The translations under genes were made by a program, and so were the position numbers. The notes under the pieces are model-generated. The model was not told the origin of the DNA. It saw only the letters and a program-made list of their open reading frames with translations, and did no database searches. A DNA stretch of 64,000 nt from Marsupella aquatica (taxonomy: Eukaryota > Plantae > Marchantiophyta), in assembly GCA_973895155.1 (NCBI GenBank), contig OZ316891.1:25109899-25173898 (forward strand), written 5' to 3'. Below are positions 61,375 through 64,000 of this stretch, piece after piece. The stretch's first letter is position 1; each line of letters begins with the position of its first letter.

Positions 61375-62760
61375 CTAAACCCTAAACCCTAAACCCTAGG
61401 CCCAAAACAAGTGACCCTATTTGGCTGTTTGGTAAATGTCGGTGAGGGTCTCTGAAATACAATGTTGGTGAGGGTCTCCAAGATACAATGAGGAAGGAAA
61501 CCTATTCATGTCGGCGGAGGTCGTCCAGATCAGACAATACCGGCATTTGATACAAGTTTGCCGACCTCAAAGTCAAGATTGGTTGGTCATTTTTCCTAAA
61601 CCCTAAACCCTAGGCCCAACACAGGTGACCCTATTCAGCTGTTTGGTAAATGTCGGCGAGGGTCTCCAAAATATCAGCGAGGGTCTCAGTAATACAATGT
61701 CTGCGAGGGTCTCCGAGATACAATGAGGAAGGAAACCTGTTCATGTTGGCGGAGGTCGTCGAGATCAGACAATACCGGCATTTGATACAAGTTTGTTGAC
61801 CTCAAAGTCAAGATTGGTTGGTCATTTTTCCTAAACCCTAAACCCTAGGCCCAACACAGGTGACCCTATTCAGCTGTTTGGTAAATGTTGGCGAGGGTCT
61901 CCAAAATATCAGCGAGGGTCTCAGTAATACAATGTCTGCGAGGGTCTCCGAGATACAATGAGGAAGGAAACCTATTCATGTTGGCGGAGGTCGCCGAGAT
62001 TAGACAATACCGGCATTTGATACAAGTTTGTCGACCTCAAAGTCAAGATTGGTTGGTCATTTTTCCTAAACCCTAAACCCTAGGCCCAACACAGGTGACC
62101 CTATTCAGCTGTTTGGTAAATGTCGGCGAGGGTCTCCAAAATACAATGTCGGCGAGGGTCTCCAAAATACCTTGTCAGCGAGGGTCTCAGTAATACAATG
62201 TCGGCGAGGGTCTCCAAAATACCCTGTTAACGAGGGTCTCAGTAATACAATGTTGGCAAGGGTCTCCGAGATACAATGAGGACGGAAACCTGTTCATGTT
62301 GGCGGAGGTCGTCGAGATCAGACAATACCGGCATTTGATACAAGGTTACCGACCTCAGAGTCAAGATTGGTTGGTTAACACATTCATCCATTCATAGGAA
62401 CCGTTCATACATAATATCGGTCACATATAACCGCGTCTTTTTTCCTAAACCCTAAACCCTAGTCCCAAAACAGGTAACCCTATTCGGCTATTTGGTAAAT
62501 GTCGGCGAGGGTCTCCGAAATACAATGTCGGCGATGGTTTCCGAGATACAATGAGGAAGGAAACCCTATTCGGCTATTTGGTAAATATCGGCGAGGGTCT
62601 CCGAAATACAATGTCGGCGATGGTTTCCGAGATACAATGAGGAAGGATACAATGAGGAAGGAAACCCTATTCGGCTATTTGGTAAATGCCGGCGAGGGTC
62701 TTCAAGATACAATGTCGGCGATGGTCTCCAAAATACAATGTCGGCGGAGGTCGCCGAGAT
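61375..62760. repeat. Complex tandem array, 235-bp core unit containing telo-boxes, the family palindrome and the transposase 3' end
   Basis: CTATTCAGCTGTTTGGTAAATG at 61631, 61866 and 62101. Units include CCTAAACCCTAAACCCTAG and GACCTCAAAGTCAAGATTGGTTGG. Confidence 0.85.
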
Positions 62761-63605
62761 CAGACAATACCCGCATTTGATACAAGGTTGCTGACCTCAG
62801 TTAGAGTCAAGATTGGTTGGTTAACACATTGATCCGTGTCAATATTCCTTTTGAAGATGTTTGCAAAGCACCAGTACAAGTGCTTGCACGGGAAGTAGGC
62901 TCTTCCCATAGACTCCCTGTACATGAAATCCTTGCAGGAGCAACTTGGGAAGACACAGATCTATACGCAATGTATTGAAGTTTGGCCCCTACAAGTGTTG
63001 TTCACCATGAGCCTCACGCCTGTAGCATTCCCTATTTTGATTCTCCTCATTGATGTGCACACAATTGCCTCGGTCTTAGAATTACGGATACGTGTGGCAG
63101 CGTACTTGGAGGTGTCTGACCTCCTTCGCCTTGCCTGGCCATTGCGTCGAGTACCATGCTCATTAGGCATTGTAGGATCTATTCGCTCTGGGTATGTGTT
63201 CAAATCCATTATGATGTCGCCAGCACTCACCAATTCATTCATAACATCTTCACCAAAAATGACGTCCACTCCATTGTTGTGCAAGAACAAGACCTCTTCT
63301 TCTGTAAGATTAGTTCCACGAGAGACAGGAAACTTTGAAGGCAGTGGTGGTAAAACACCGGTAATAAATGGCAAAGATGATTTTGTGCAACACTGGTTAT
63401 TTGGGCAAAACCAATACGGATATGGAACACCTGGTTCGTTAAATTTACTCCCAGCCAGCCAACAGATACCGACAATGCCTAATCCGCTTACTTTTAGTCC
63501 TGCCTCTCTGATAAATTGAGCACATACTCCCCGTTCCTTGCCTTTGAATGCACCTCGACAACCGGGACCAATCATTGGGATGCGAGCCAAAAAGAACATG
63601 CTTGG
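62760..63605 (-). pseudogene. 3' part of MULE transposase copy 2 (zf-PARP-like + SWIM), interrupted by an LTR
   Basis: Near-identical to 21214-22060, with SWIM PCKHLYW intact and a stop at 62961. Confidence 0.85.
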
Positions 63606-64000
63606 TGTGACACGGATAACGTGTCACTTGACCGAACCCAGGTCATAGATTAGGACTTATACGGTCATTAGGACCGTAGCCATAGCGTAGAATAGCACGT
63701 ATAGCCGTCAAGTGGCCATTATGATTAGATTAGGAGTAGGTTAAGATAACCAAATAATTACGAGTTCAGGAAAGGGATTATTACGCACGACCGAGGTACG
63801 GTGGCGGCAGCGGAGTAAAAATCAGTTAGAAGAATCACGCTTGGACCGAGGCGCCGACTTCAGCTCGTTATCAATGACCAAACGGCCTGACCTTCTCACG
63901 CTCGGGCTCGTCCTGGCACCCCCATAAGAGAGGAGCCGATGGCACTGCGGGCCATTTGCTCATATTTACCTTTTTGGAATTCGCGGTCGCTGCCATCCAC
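63606..64000 (+). mobile_element. Start of an LTR of the same family as 7710-11545
   Basis: TGTGACACGGATAACGTGTCACTTGACC... is nearly identical to the reverse complement of ~11150-11545. Confidence 0.9.

Larger units (their letters stand above)
54386..64000. mobile_element. Giant MULE-like element, copy 2 (left part, runs off the window)
   Basis: Terminus GTAACATCATCAGCTATCAGTGACTGATA..CTGATATCAGTCA, the same palindromic motif, and the same order F-box A, F-box B, transposase 3' end as copy 1. The AT-hook gene is absent. Confidence 0.75.

Overview
This is plant nuclear DNA (TTTAGGG telo-boxes, GT-AG introns; probably a seed-free plant, which is inference) made up almost entirely of nested mobile elements, with no intact host gene seen. 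The main structure is a giant Mutator-like element at ~15732-44746, about 19 kb once a 10-kb CACTA insertion is removed. It has short palindromic TIRs and encodes a spliced ~1220-aa GCM-like/MULE-DDE/zf-PARP-like/SWIM transposase, an AT-hook protein, two F-box-like proteins and a divergently transcribed ParB-like + beta-class DNA-methyltransferase-like + Ulp1 gene. Its non-coding DNA and introns are full of one 23-bp palindrome. A second copy starts at ~54386, and a related family (~44747-53829) carries a different palindrome. There are three complete solo LTRs with 5-bp TSDs plus further partial copies. Two of the complete ones each contain a homologous ~770-880-codon ORF inside the LTR, and several LTRs share hairpins with compensatory base changes. 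Two CACTA elements carry captured host exons (PTST1-like, HSP60). A Ty3/gypsy LTR-PBS-gag fragment and several tandem arrays are also present. All domain calls were made by eye from motifs, without database searches.
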